A DNA stretch of 64,000 bases from Phaeosaccion multiseriatum (GCA_965112735.1 OZ218956.1:1426001-1490000); one strand, 5' to 3'. Shown: positions 24,802 through 37,856, counted from the first letter of the stretch. Notes: generated by a model from the sequence alone, not told the origin. Numbers and translations: made by a program.

Positions 24802-25968
24802 ATCGTATCAATGTCACCGGCGGGGGAGACCAAGCCCCATCTCACAAAGAGGCCCGTCCGAGCTTGGCCTCACCCTTCAGCTTCCTCTCTCCGTGCTGCT
24901 ACTGCTGCTGCTGGTACTGCGGCTGCATACGCTTTCTCTTCCATGATAAATACATGTCGGTTGAGCTCCGTTCCGTGTCTGCTTGGCAAAATCTTGCAGC
25001 CAACTCTCGGCCCTTTCCGGCGCTAGAACGATAAGCAGCCACAGCTCAGAGAGGGGGTGGAGAAGGGAGCAGAGGAAAGGAGAGAGAGAGCGAGAGAGCG
25101 AGAGAGAGAGAGAGCGAGAGAGAGAGAGAGAACGAGAGAGAACGAGAGATACGACAAGGCGAGGGGGAATTAATGAAGTGACGGGCCGATCGATCTGAAA
25201 CGCCATAAAAGTTTCACCTTGATGTCCAGCACCTCCTGCAAAAAACCCATAAACCATAAACCACGATATAATTACAACACACACGCAGGAGACGCAGAGG
25301 AGAGACGCCATAGGGAGAGGAAGGGGCACAACAGGATCAACCGGAAGGGGGGCAGGAGCACGTGCATGAGAAGAAGCAACCACAGTAGCAGGAGCCGCAA
25401 GGAGGGGACAAGAGCCACAGGAGAACTGGTATCGGGTGGAAGTCGCAGGCGAGTTTTGGGAGGCTGAAAGGCGGGGAATAATGAACCAAGAACGTACACA
25501 GCCCCCAAAGGGCTCAGCTGGTCTCAAGGAAAAGGACAGGACTCAAGGAAAGGGATGGAGCACCCCCCAGCCTCCCGCTCCCACCTCAACTTCAACATCG
25601 GCAACAAGGGACGACATGGACAGGCCTCGGCAGTTATCCGCCGACCTCAACCAGCTGCTGTCGTGGACGGGATGAGGCAAGAGATTGGCTGGGTCAGAAG
25701 ACACGGGCGAAGTGAGGTAACCGGACCATGTACATAGCACAAGAGGGCTTGGGGGAGAGAGAGGCATGTTGGAGCCGCCGCGACACGGCTGAGAAGCCAG
25801 GGCTGGCTAACTACAACGACAAGACTAGACTAGAGTAGAAGGTTACAACGAATGGAGTTTTGTTCATACCATACTATTGTTTTTTTTGGAACGCAGTGAG
25901 TTTATTTTTTCGGGGGGGGGGGGGTGGAGGGGAGTGTCGCAGCTGATATCCGCAGCTACCGCGTGTGC

Positions 25969-28900
25969 TCAGTTCTCCTCCTCCGAGGAGTCGTCTCCTG
26001 CCGGATAGACCACCTTCCTCGCCGCCAGCGTGGCCCCGAGTACAGCCAGCTCCTCGGAGTGCAAGGGGATGATGAGCCCCTGCTGCGGACGGAAGACACG
26101 CTTCGCAAGGGCCTGGGGAAGGGGAGGGGGGGGGGGGAGAGCAAGACAAACCACAGAACAACAACAAGGGGGGGTGCAAACGATTTGAGATTCGGCGGCT
26201 ATGGAGTGGGTCTGAGTAACCACAGCATATATGGCTCTGCACAACGCCAGAAAGACGCCCCCTTCCTTCCTTCCTTCCTTCCTTCCTTCCTTCCTTCCCC
26301 TTCTCTAAGGACGCCCCCCCCGGTCTCTCCAACCCCCGCTACACACCCACACCCACACACCCACACCCACACCCACCCATCTCCTCACCTGCACGGCCGG
26401 CACTCGAGAGCCGCCCCCAACGAGCAACACGCCATCGAGCTTGTCCACCGACACCCCTGCCCTCACCAGGGCCTCCTCACAGGGCCCGGCCACTCTCTGC
26501 AGCATGGGGTCCATTTGCTGCTCGAGTTGTGCCCGACTCAGGGTGGTCTCGAGGTGCTTGGGGCCGGTCATGTCTGCTGTGATGAAGGGGATGTTGACGG
26601 CAGTGGACGCCTGCTTTGAGAGGTCCATCTGCGGGTAGGGTGGGGGGGCGGGTGGGTGTGAGGGGGGGAGGAGATGGAGGTGAGGGAGGGGAGGGGAGAG
26701 AGGAAATAGGGGGGCAGGGTTAGGATCAGCTATAGTTTCGTCGTACCCCGCGGAGGTGTGCGGGGGGGGGGGAGTAAGAAGCGCACGGAGGAAGAGATGG
26801 GAGAGAGGAAGGGACGAAGGATACAGGGACGGACTGGAGGGGCAGTGGGGAGGGAAAGATGTGGCACCGTCATGCCATACTTTCGGGCAGGCACCCTGCG
26901 TCCTGCCTGCTGTCCACACCCCTACTTCGACCGATGTACGACGGGGGGGCATCTTGGAGAGAGAGCGGAGAGGGTGAGGTGACCGACCAATCACCGACTA
27001 ACAGTCCGAAGTGACCAACTACCAACCAACCAACCAACAAACCAACCAACCAGTCCCACCCAACCAACTAACCAATCACCAGACCAACCTTGGCCGCCTC
27101 TGCTGCCTCGTAAAGCCGTGGGAGCGCCATCTGGTCTTGGAGGAGAGAGTTTGCCCCTACATTGGCCTTGAGGAAGTCTCTGTCCATCACCTTCACCAAC
27201 TCGTCCTGCACGCACGCACGCACGCACACACGCGCGCAGTGAGCGATTGTGCAGCGCATTGTTCATGAGAGGACGAGAGAGAGGGAGGAGAACGAGAGTA
27301 GTATGTATGTGTGTTCGTGTGAGAGGAAGAGAGGAGGAGGAAGGGAGAGAGTGTGTGTGAGACTCTTCCCTCACTACCCACATGCACTCACGCACTCATA
27401 CACCCACCACCCACCTCAAGTAAGTCTCCTCCGGCCTTGGCGGTCCAATCATTCCCTACCACACGGACCCCTCCTTCACCAGCGTCCACGATGCTGACAG
27501 ATGTGGCCCTCCCTCCCATGTCCACCACCGCAAAGAGGCCACCCTGCAGTGCAAGTAAACAAGGGGCCATCGAGCGCAGTCATGTGTGAGGCCGAGAGAA
27601 GGAAGGAAGGAGGAAGGAAGGAAGAAAGGAAGGAAGCAAGGAAGGAAGGAAGGAAGCAAGGAAGGAAGGAAGGGAGGAAGCAAGCAAGCAAGGAAGGAAG
27701 GAAGGAAGGAAGGAAGGAAGGAAGGAAGCAAGGAGAGGAGAGGAGAGGTCAGTGAGGAGCGAGCGCAGTCACGCATGAGGCATAGGCAAGAAAGGAAGGA
27801 GAAGAGGAGGAGCGGGAATGTCTGTCGGTCAGCGTGCCCCAGCCTCAGCAGGTGTGTGCTACCTGCACCAACACCTCCGATTAGTCAGCAGGTCTCAATG
27901 AGGTGTGCGCTCTGCCCAATCTTTTCCTTCCATCTCTCACCTTGGCTGGCAGCGAGCCTGTCTCCATGGCGGCACTGACCGCAGCGGCGGCGGTGTCGAG
28001 CACCCCCAGCACCACCAAGCCGGCGCTCAGAGCAGTGGTCTCGTATAGAGAGCGTTGTTGCTCTGTAAAGTACTCGGGCACAGTCAGCATTGTCGCTCCT
28101 CTAGACCCCACCTAACATTGGGCAAGAGCAAAAGAGAAGGGAAGGGAAGGGAAGAGTGACGAAACGGAAGAAGGGGGGGCAACACACACACACACACACA
28201 CACTGAGAGCGAGAGAGAAAGACAGAGAAGGAGTCTGGGAGAAAGAGTAAGGAGAAAGAGAATAGAATGTGAGGAACACCAAATTTGAGCCCACAGAGAG
28301 CCGCAAAGTCTGGTCTGGGCCAAAGCCCAACCCTCCACCTCTACCTTAAAGATGGCGAGGTCCATCATATGCTTGAGCATGGCTGCGGTGACCTCCTCTG
28401 GCATGATGGTGCCCCCCCCTCCCTCGGCCCCTGCCGCTACCCAGTCCGCCTGAATGGCCGCCAAGCCCTCCTCAGACGCCTTAATACCGTACTTGACAGA
28501 GCTGTGAGACGGTAGAGAGGGAGAGAGAGGGAGAGAGAGAGGGCCCCGGGGAATGACGTTGTCATTGATGAGGAGGAAGGCTTACGACGTTCCGCGTACA
28601 TATCGCGTTTGCTCCTCCTGCTGAACACCCGCCCCGCTCCATCCTTCCCCTCTCCTTTTCCTTACCTGGCTATGTCCTGCACCGTAGGGGAATCGAACTC
28701 GGCCCCGAGCAGTCCCTGAGTGCTGTAGAGGGTGCCGGCGGGGTGTGTCCAGCGATTGGCCCTCGCCAATTGCCCGACGAGGGTGTCTTGGCCGCTTTGG
28801 TAGTACACCGCCGCAGGTGTCCAGCGCATGCCCTCTCTGCGCAAGCAAACAAAAGAATCAACAAGCGTGTCATGCCGCGCATGCGTTGGGTGCGTGAGTG

Positions 28901-30045
28901 CGTAGTTCTTCTTGTCTAGTCTACGTTGCGACTTCTCGACGTGGGGTTCTGAAAAGATGGAAAAATCGGGCGAAAATGAGCAAAAAGACGCCCCTTCATA
29001 TTGTGTAGCAGCCTCCTTCACTCCCACAGGGCTAGCACGCCAAGAGAACAAAGAGTCACACAATACCATCGGACTTGGTCGGCACAGGGCATAAACACGT
29101 TAAAAAAAGACGTATTAATGAGCCTCTTCGGCCCGCAGGCGTGGAGACAAGAACAATTCATGAACAATTCATACCCACACACACGCGCACGCACACACGC
29201 ACCTGTTCTCTACAATCTCTGGACCTTTCTCGAGCCCGTCCGCAAAGGCCAGACGCATGCTTGTGGTGCCAATGTCCAGTCCAATGGCCGGCCCCAGGTG
29301 CCCTACCCCACCAGCACTAGCTCCTCCCCCGGCCCCGTCTGTCGCACTGCCCCTTCCCTTCTTCCTCTCCTCATCTTCTAATTCTTTCATTCGCCTTCCT
29401 GGGAAGCAGCAGCAAAAATATCGACAGAGGCGTTGGGGGGCTGCGTTCGCGGCCAGAGCTCAGCTCTCACGGCAAAAACAATCCTGACTCCTGTACCATC
29501 CAAAGTACTTCCCATCACCCAGCGCTACCTTTTCCGACTTCTACGTACCGACTCTGAGCAGGTAGCGGATGCCGGAGGCCGCCAAGGCGACCCCGATTGC
29601 GCCCACTATGATGGGAACAACCTCTCTCTTGGGGGATGCGTGGAAGTGCGAGCACTGTCCATTTCGGCACGTCATCACCACCTACTGGCGAAGAGTAGGT
29701 CAGGCGAGAGCAGATGTGTGAACGTGAAGACGGCTTCTGTCCGCCAAACGCTCCGCCTCTCTGAAGAACCCGCACCATCTTCTCCCCTCTCCAAGAAGAG
29801 TCAACTCCGGAATCAATCGCAGCAGCAGCTGCAGCAGCAGCAGTAGCAGGAGAAGTAGAAGAAGCAGCAGTTGCCAAAGACGTATCCTCTCCTCTTACCG
29901 TGCTGTCTTGCTTGCTCTTTCTGCTCCGCCTTCGCATGGCCTGCGCTGCCGCAAGTGTGGTGGGCACCTCCACTCCCCCCGTCGCAGCGGCCTGCCGAAG
30001 TGTAGCTGAAGCCGCCGACAGCAGCGGCCGCATCAGCACCACCAT
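25969..30045 (-). CDS. Atypical Hsp70/DnaK-like protein: predicted mitochondrial presequence + TM anchor + nucleotide-binding domain only
   Basis: Exons 30045-29776, 29681-29549, 29398-29203, then about 28836-28666, 28500-28325, 28091-27941, 27544-27416, 27206-27088, 26629-26388 and 26112-25969. Motifs GLDIGTT, ENREGMRWTP, LTVPEYF, VNIPFITADMTGPKHL and LLVGGGSRVPAVQ. The stop falls right after the end of the NBD. Confidence 0.85.
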
Positions 30046-30296
30046 TTCGAGACTTCTCCCACACCTTTTTGCTTTATTTATGGCCACGATGATGACACAC
30101 ACCACACACACCAACCCTGTGAATCTCGACCTTCGGCATGTGGTGATACGCGGAGGAAGCCCGAAGCCCCGAAGCCTCGGTTTTGGGAAGGGGATGAATA
30201 AAAGAGGAGAAGCCGTTCCCCCACCCGTGCCGCGGGAGCGACTTGTCGATCCTTTTGTTCTCCTCCTCTTATGAAAATCGGAGGACTCAATTAAGC

Positions 30297-30410
30297 ATGG
30301 CATCCACGTCTTCCGGAGGTAGGGGTGGGGAAGGTGAGGGGGGAGGTGGCTTCAGCAGCAACCGGGCAGGAGGCAAGCGACGACCGGTGTATCTGGACGA
30401 AGACCTTCCG

Positions 30411-30449
<39 letters not shown>

Positions 30450-32540
30450 GGAGGAAGCGGCACCAGGTACAAGGAAGGTGTGATACTCGTGCGGAAGACC
30501 CAGAAAGCGAGCATGACCCTGAAGGAGGTGAAGAACGTGCCCTACGAGTTTGCCGAGGGGCTCGTGCCGGACTATCTGCTCGGGGACAATGCCGTCATAT
30601 ATATCGAGACCAGCTACCACCAAAGGGACCAGAACTATGTCGTCAGACGACTTAAGGAGGTTGGAAAGGTGAGAAGAGAGATGGACAGGTGCGCGGGGAG
30701 GGGAGAGCAGCTCCTTATGCCCCCCCCCTCCCGTTCTATGCCCATTTCGTGGAACCGCCTATCTTCGTCTCTCTGGCCCCGCGCCATTTTCTTCCCCCGG
30801 CTTGCCAACTGAATGACTGACTTTCGCCACCCAACCACCCACCCCCCCCCCCCGCTCCGCTCTACAGGCACATCGGCTGAGGATCCTCCTGTGCGTGGTG
30901 CGCCAAAACTACGACAGCGAGCCTCTGCTGCAGTCCCTCAACGAGCTCGCGCTGCTTCACGACTTCGTGCTCCTCCTCGCTTGGTCACACGCAGAGGCTG
31001 CGCGCTACCTAGAGACCTTCAAGATTTACGAGAACAAGAGGTACACACAGGCACCTGCATGTACCCCATGCACCCAATCAGATGTGACCCAGCCGGTGAC
31101 GGCATTCAGCAGCAGCAGCGATATGGGGAACTTTCGGATCGTGGGCTCTCTCGCAGTAGTCGCTTGCCCTCTCTTGCCACTGCTCCGTCTCTCTCGTCTC
31201 TGACCTGCTGATGTTTCTCCTCCTGCTGCTTCTCCTGCTACTGCTCCTGCTCCTGCTCTTACTATGGCTACGGCTACTGCTCCTCACTCCCGCTACCATC
31301 CGCCGCCTACCACAAAACGGAACCAAACCAACCAACCAACCAACCAATCAACCAATTCAGCGCGTCCCTCATCCAGGGAAAGACAGAGGATGACTATATG
31401 TGGCGGCTTACCAAGGCCTTGGCTGCCGTTCCCAGCGTAAACAAAACCGATGCACAGACCCTGTCCTCCAACTTTGGCTCATTCAAGGCGCTCTGTCAAG
31501 CCACGACGGAGGAGCTGGCGCTGTGCCCCGGGGTGGGGGAGAGGAAAGTGCTGCGCTTGAGGGAGGCCTTTCACGTGCCCTTCGCGGGGGTGTTTCCCGG
31601 GGGGGCTGCTACTGCTGCTGCTGTTGGGCCCTTGTCAAAGGGGGTCCCAGGGGGAACAGGGAAAGGGAAGGGCAAGGGCAAGGGCAAGGGCAAGGGCAAG
31701 GAAGGAGAAGAGGGGGAAGAGGCAAGAAGCAGTGTTGGAAAACGGCAGAGCGTGAAGACGAACGCCACAAAGAGAGGGAGCAAGAAGGGCCAAGGGTTGG
31801 GCGCGGAAGCAGCGGCAATGGCAGCAGCAGAGGCCGTTGTCGACGAGGCAGACGAAGTTGCTGCCGCTATACAAGCAGTGGAGGAGGAGGAGCGAAGAAG
31901 TAGCGGCGGCACCAGCAGTGCAGATGACTTTGAGGATAGCGACGACAATATGCGAAGGAAGAAGCAACGGCAACGGAAGAAGCAACAGGAGGAAAAGAAG
32001 CAGAAGCAGCAGCAGCAGCAGAAGAAGAAGAAGAAGAAGAAGAAGAGACAGGAGCAGGCGCCGCCATCACCGCTGCGAGGCCGCGAGGACGGAAGAGAGA
32101 GCAGCACGACTTCCATCAGCAGTGGTAGTACGCTGCCAGCCTCTTCGATCTCAGAGGGGCAGCCGAGCCTGGAGAATTGGCTGCAAAGGTGGCTGGAGAA
32201 GGGTCGCGCTTTACCTTCCCTGGTGGAGACCTTCCCTCAGTGGGAGACGAATTTGGCTTACGTGGTGGAGCAGCAGGGGGCGGACGTCGAGGCGGCTCTA
32301 GACGCCGTGAAGGAGCAAATGAGGGAAATCGAAGTGGAGATGCAGCAGCAGCAGGAAGAGGAGGAGGAAGATCAGGAGGATAGGGATGGGGGACGTGATG
32401 GAGTTGAGCAGGAGAGCAAGGACGGCAAGCAGGGCGGGGAGAGGCGGCGCCAAAGGGACAAGCTGGTGGGTATGCGCTTCCTGGCGGACTTTATGCAAGC
32501 CTTGCTGGCGCAGCACTTGGTGGTACAGCAGCCGCCATGA
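30297..32540 (+). CDS. ERCC1: DNA excision repair protein ERCC1 (Rad10) with long C-terminal extension
   Basis: Exons 30297-30668, 30868-31040 and 31361-32540. Motifs NVPYEF..VPDYLLG, LLLAWSHAEAARYLETFKIYENK, VPSVNKTDAQTL..FGS, and the HhH motif LALCPGVGERKV.RL.EAFHVPF. Confidence 0.93.
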
Positions 32541-32982
32541 GCAGCAGACATGAGCCACCCCAAACAAGGTACCGCAGACGAGGCCCGCATACCGCACGAA
32601 GTCATCAGAGCAAACACACATCAGACGGACCTCTCCTCGGGAGGCAAAGCTGGGGCAGCTGAGCTACGCCGGGCTGTCCGGTGGAGCTGCTTCATTGGCT
32701 TGAGGACCCTCGCCCGGCGTTGTCGCCCACATCCACTCAGGCCCTGTCCTGCCCTGCCCCGAAGGTGAGCCATGGTTTGTGTTTCCTCTCTCGCAAGGAA
32801 TCGGCGGCCCACGTTGGGGCATCATCGCACACACGGCTCTTCCTTGTGAAGGCGAGCGGCATCGAAGGCATTGTGCTCATTGGTTTCTCCCACTTTCCCG
32901 ACCGAAATCGTCTTCCACCCCCCAGTGTGTGGTACTCGGAAGAAGGAGCAAACGAGGAGCAGACCGAGCCCTCCTGTTGTAG

Positions 32983-33590
32983 GTCCAGCGGTTCATCTCC
33001 CACATGAGTTCGGACCCGAACAAGGCCCAAAGAGGCGATGGCCCAGAGCCCTGCCGTGACTATTGCAGGAAGATGCTTCACAGAGTTCGCGAGCCTCGGT
33101 ATGGGCACCTAAGCAGGACGAGGAGCGAGCAGCCAAGGGGGGCCAGGGGGGGTGAGAGGAGGAGGAGGACATGGAGGAGAAGGCGAAAGAGCATGGAGAG
33201 GGAGGGGGAGCTGGCCCTGCATGGCCCTCTGAGCAGGAAGGCCATTGAGAGCAAAGAGAAGCAGCCGCAGCAGCCGTAGCAGCCGCAGCAGCAGCAGCAG
33301 CACCACCACCACCACGAGGAGAAGGAGAAGCCGGAGCAGAAGAAGCAGACCCCCTCCTCCCATGCGGGTATCCAGGAGATCGAGGACAGCCGCGCCACGA
33401 AGAAGGCGAGGGAGGTGAAGGAGAGGGCCGAGCGGGCCGAGACGGAGGAGAAGGAGCGGGTGGACAGCATCCTGCGGGAGATTCTCATGGACCCGGCCAT
33501 GCAACAGGTGCTGCAGGAGTGCGGCGACCCCGCCCCGGCTGCAGTGCTACATGCGGCAGCGCCCCGACGGCGGGGTTGAAGCAGCTGCAG
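32983..33590 (+). pseudogene. Degenerate STI1/DP-domain protein fragment
   Basis: After a TAG acceptor the sequence reads VQRFISHMSSDPNKA(fs)EAMAQSPAV...GPLSRKAIE...EEKERVDSILREILMDPAMQQVLQECGDP(fs)LQCYMR. It needs several frameshifts and crosses stop codons; this could also be assembly error. Confidence 0.5.
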
Positions 33591-33980
33591 TCAAAATGGA
33601 ATTGAGATTTGCATTGAAATTGAACACGTGCTGTACTATCTACTGTACTGGCAGTCTAAGTGTCACAGTCTTACGGAAATGACATGCCCCCTCTCCTCTA
33701 TGCTCCTCGCCTCCCCGAATCGCCGCTATATCTATTGCACGCTACCCACCCCTCTCCGAACGGACGTCGCATACCCCGCTCGCCTCCTCTCCTCCGGCCG
33801 GCGCTCACGCCTCCCTTCTACGGCTTAAAGCCCCCCCAATTTGAGAAACACTGACCAAAAAAAGTGCAAATGCTTCAACGTACAGGCGCTGCAAAACAAA
33901 GAAAATAGATCGAAAATAACAGCACTAATTGAAACTCAAACCTTGTGCGGAACCCTCCCTCATCTTCTCCCGCCCCTCAC

Positions 33981-35980
33981 TCACTCCTCATGGACCACCT
34001 TTGACGCGAAAGAAGAAGGCCTGCCGTCACTACCAGTAGCCGCAGCAGTACTTGTAGTAGTGGGCAGGCGCGCCTTAAAGTCCGTGGCCCAGGGCCCTGA
34101 CACCTGGTAGTCGGCGTCGTCGTCGGAGCGAAGGACGAGGTGTCGATCGCGAAGGATAGGCTGTCCCGTCACAGAATCGTGCTGGAGCCGCTGCGTCTCG
34201 CCCATAATCCCGCTCCACTGCTCCTCCCCTCCTCCAGCTCCAGCACCACCTCCGCTCGAGGGCTTGGGCATCTTGACGACCATAGCGTCAATGACGTGGG
34301 CGTGGCAGCGCTCCACCTCCTGGCGGTAGTCCAGCTGGAAGGTGAATGTGGGCATGAAAATGTACACGGAGGCCCACTTGCCGGGCGCGGTGTACAAGTC
34401 GCGCGTGCTGCGCTTGTCAGCGAGCCAGTCCTTACACAAGCCCTTATCCTCGACCACGTGGAGCCGAGACTCCACGACATCCAGAGCAGCGTAGTCGTTT
34501 GTGCCGGAAAACTGCACGCTCCTCTCTTCCTCGTGCAGCAGCCTTCTTCGGTGCTGTCCCCTTCCTTCTCCTCCTTCTTCTTGGGCCTTTCGCTGCGCCT
34601 CCTCGTCCAGCAGCTCCTCCACCACGTGGGGGTCTCTCTTCAACTGGCAAGGGCCATAGGCGTTGAAGGCCATAATCTCGCCCTGTGCTCCGCCTCCTCC
34701 TCCCCCACCAGATGAAAGAGAGTACTGTCCGGGCTCAGTATACGTCTGTTCATTGATCTTGAGGTACAGGGAGCCGTCCCCCAGGCACTGCGAGTTGTCT
34801 CCTTCCTCCCCCTCGGGACAGCCAGGGTAGTACGTATCGACATCCTTCACGCCGACCTCCACCTGATGCTCCACACCTTCGTCGGAGAGGAAGGTGAAGG
34901 CGTGTTTCGTAATGTAGGTCTTCATAGCATGGCGAGCCGAATCAGAGCAACAGCGAGAGGAGCGCAGAGAGAGAGAGAGAGAGGAGAGAGGAGAGAGGAG
35001 AAGAGGATGAGTCAGAGGGATGGGGAGGGCGGAGAAGAGAGAGGAGATAGGAAGCTCGAGGCAGAGAAGGAGAGAGAGAGAAGAGGTGGGGCAAGGGTTT
35101 CCGCGAGCATGCGTTTGTTCCTCTCGCGCCCGCCCCCCTCTCTACCGCAGCTGCTCACCGGTCTGGCTCCGTTCTCGCACTCGTCGAAGACGTGCAGCAT
35201 CCAGTTCCATTGGAGGCGCTTCGCAGCAGCGATGCTGGCGAACCAGGCCGCATGGAAGCCCTCGAAGAGAAACACTTGTCCCTTGAGGCCGTTCACCATA
35301 GGGTCGTCCGTGACCTGAACCACATTCACCGTAACGGTCACCATGCCGTTAGCAGAGCCGCCATTCCCGTCTTCGACTGTGTAATCGATTTCCGCCTGGC
35401 CGTTAAAGTTCTGGGCAGGGGTGAACGTGATGGTACCATCGCCATTATTAGTCACACTGCCGTCTCCCGATGAGACCTGGGTGATGCTCAGAGGGTCGTC
35501 ATCCACATCGATGTCGTTGGCGAGCACATCTACGTCAACAGCTGTGTTCTCGGTGGTCACTGCCGCGTCGTTCATGGCTACTGGGGCATCATTGACTGGG
35601 TTTACTGTGATGAGTAATGTGCCAATAGTAGTATTAACCCCGTCTTCGACTGTGAACAAGATTTCCACGTCGCCGAAGAAGTTCTCGGCAGGGTCGAACG
35701 TGATGCTGCCATCGCCATTATCTATCACAGTGCCGCCGACTACCGATGATAAAGTGGTGATGGACAGTGCGTCGCCATCTGGATCGGACGCGCTGGCGAG
35801 CAAATCGACGGTGATCGCTACGTCTTCATCGGTGGTCACAGACACCGCGGGAACATCTGGGGGTAGGCCCACATCGGCATTGACCAAGGTGAGAGGGAGG
35901 GCCTTCCCTCCTCCTCCTCCTCCTCCCCCAAGCAGCAGTAGCAGAGCAGCGTTGGCGAAAGTAGTCTTGAGGAGAGCCAT
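33981..35980 (-). CDS. Secreted protein with two cadherin-like/bacterial Ig (tandem-95-type) repeats and a VWD-like C-terminal domain
   Basis: Signal peptide MALLKTTFANAALLLLL. Repeats TDEDVAITVDLLASASDPDGDALSI...FDPAENFFG and VNDAPVAMNDAAVTTENTAVDVDVLANDIDVDDDPLSI...FTPAQNFNG, then DDPMVNGLKGQVFLFEG. Two exons, about 35980-35159 and 34926-33981. Confidence 0.85.
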
Positions 35981-36692
35981 GACTCGGCCGCCGCCACCCC
36001 AAGGCATACTGCGCTGCTGGGTAGACCCAGGCCCCGTACGCTCTCCCCTCCCAGAGTCTTAACAGCCAGCCGAGAGACCCCAGGGCGTGCCTATTCTTAC
36101 ACCTGAGGATACCCCGTGGACTGCCCGCCCAGCCAGCAGGGAGGGAGGGAGAGAAGGAGGGAGGAGGGAGGGAGCGAGCGACGAGTGAGTGAGGCAGCCA
36201 GGGCGGAAAGTTTCTCATTTCTTGTTCTTCTTCTCCCTCCTTTTCCTGTCTTCTCTTCTTCCCTCTCAGGTCTTCTAGTTTCGCACTCCCCTCTCTTCCC
36301 CGTAGCCGCGCGCGAAGAACACAGCACGGTATGTGAGACGGCACGAAAGAAAAGACATGGAAGCGCTGTTCCGGGAGGAGGTGCACAAGCTTTCAAACTG
36401 CTTCAAGGGCGGAAGAAGGGCACTCGTCAGCCAGGTCAGCTTCGCGTATAAACTACGGTCTCTTACCGGATTTCAGGAGTGCTTGGTTCTTCCCGTTTAC
36501 GCTCTCTCCGCTTCTTTAAACGGCAGGACTAGGAGCAGGAGCGGCACTCAAGCCTCCAATATTTCAAGAAAAAAAAAAAAAAAAACATTTTCGTTTTCGC
36601 GCTTCCGCCTCCTTGACTTATTTTTCATTGACTTCTTCACTCCCCACCCACACCCACCAACCGATGGGAGAGGCATAGACGGGGATAAGAGC

Positions 36693-37825
36693 ATGAAGAG
36701 AGCCCCGCTAATCGAAGAGCAGCTGACGCTTGAAGGGAGCTCACCCGAGCAGTTGAAAGACGAGAAGGAGCAGCCGAAGGAGGACGAAGATGATGCGTCG
36801 CCCTCACCGGCTCCACCTCCAGTCCCTGCCGCACCTGCTGCAGAGATGAATAAAACCGGAGAGGAAGTTGAGCAACAGCAGCAGCAGCAGCCGCAGCAGC
36901 AGCCGCAGCAGCAGAAGCAGAAGCATCTTGGGCAGGTGGGGGATGAAATCGGTTTGCTGCAAGAGCACTCAGGGAGGTGTGTGAAGCTCATCAAGTACAG
37001 GGACGAGGATCAGCTGGCACCCATCATGGCCTTGGTGGAGAAGGACCTGTCGGAACCGTACAGCGTCTTTACGTACCGATATTTTCTCAAGAAGTGGCCC
37101 AATCTCTGCTTCCTTGCCGTCACAGCGGACGAGGCAGCAGTGGTAGCCGAAGCAGGAGCTGAAAGAGATTCACAAGAAGGGCCCAACGAGGAGCAGGAGA
37201 AGAAGGCGGAGGAGAAGATTGTCGGTGTCGTGATTTGCAAGGCTAACATGGAAGGAGATCGGTACTGTGGCTACCTGGCGATGTTGGCTGTGAACGAAGA
37301 GTACCGCAAGCACGGCATCGGTAGGTCCAAATACCTTTCCACCATCTTCATGTGTGTCTTTCTTCGCTTACAAATGAAGCCTCAAGTTCGGTGGGCGGGG
37401 CGTGGTGGTAGAAGCTGGTGAACTGCACGCCCTGTCGGCTTCTTCAAAGGGCAAGTGGAAATACTCCCCCCCTCCCTCCCACTCTATAAAGGAACCTCCA
37501 TGTCATTGCTGCCGGGACACCCGCTTCCCTCCTCCTATGGCTATCTCTTGAGGAAAGCGACGCTAGCAAACAGGCCCACTGACCCCCACTGTCCCACCCC
37601 ATCTGATGCCATCCTACTACTGCTGTATATTGCCGTGCTATGCACTGTTCTCGTGCAGGCGTGTCCCTCGCTTCCCAAGCCCTACGAGCGATGAAAGATC
37701 TGCTCTGCGACGAGGTGAGAGTTACTCATTAGGAGGGAAGGGAGGAGGAGGAGGAGGAGGAGGAGGAGGAGGAGGAGGAGGAGGAGGAGGGGGGGGAGGG
37801 GGAGGAGGAGGAGGAGGAGGATGGA

Positions 37826-37856
<31 letters not shown>

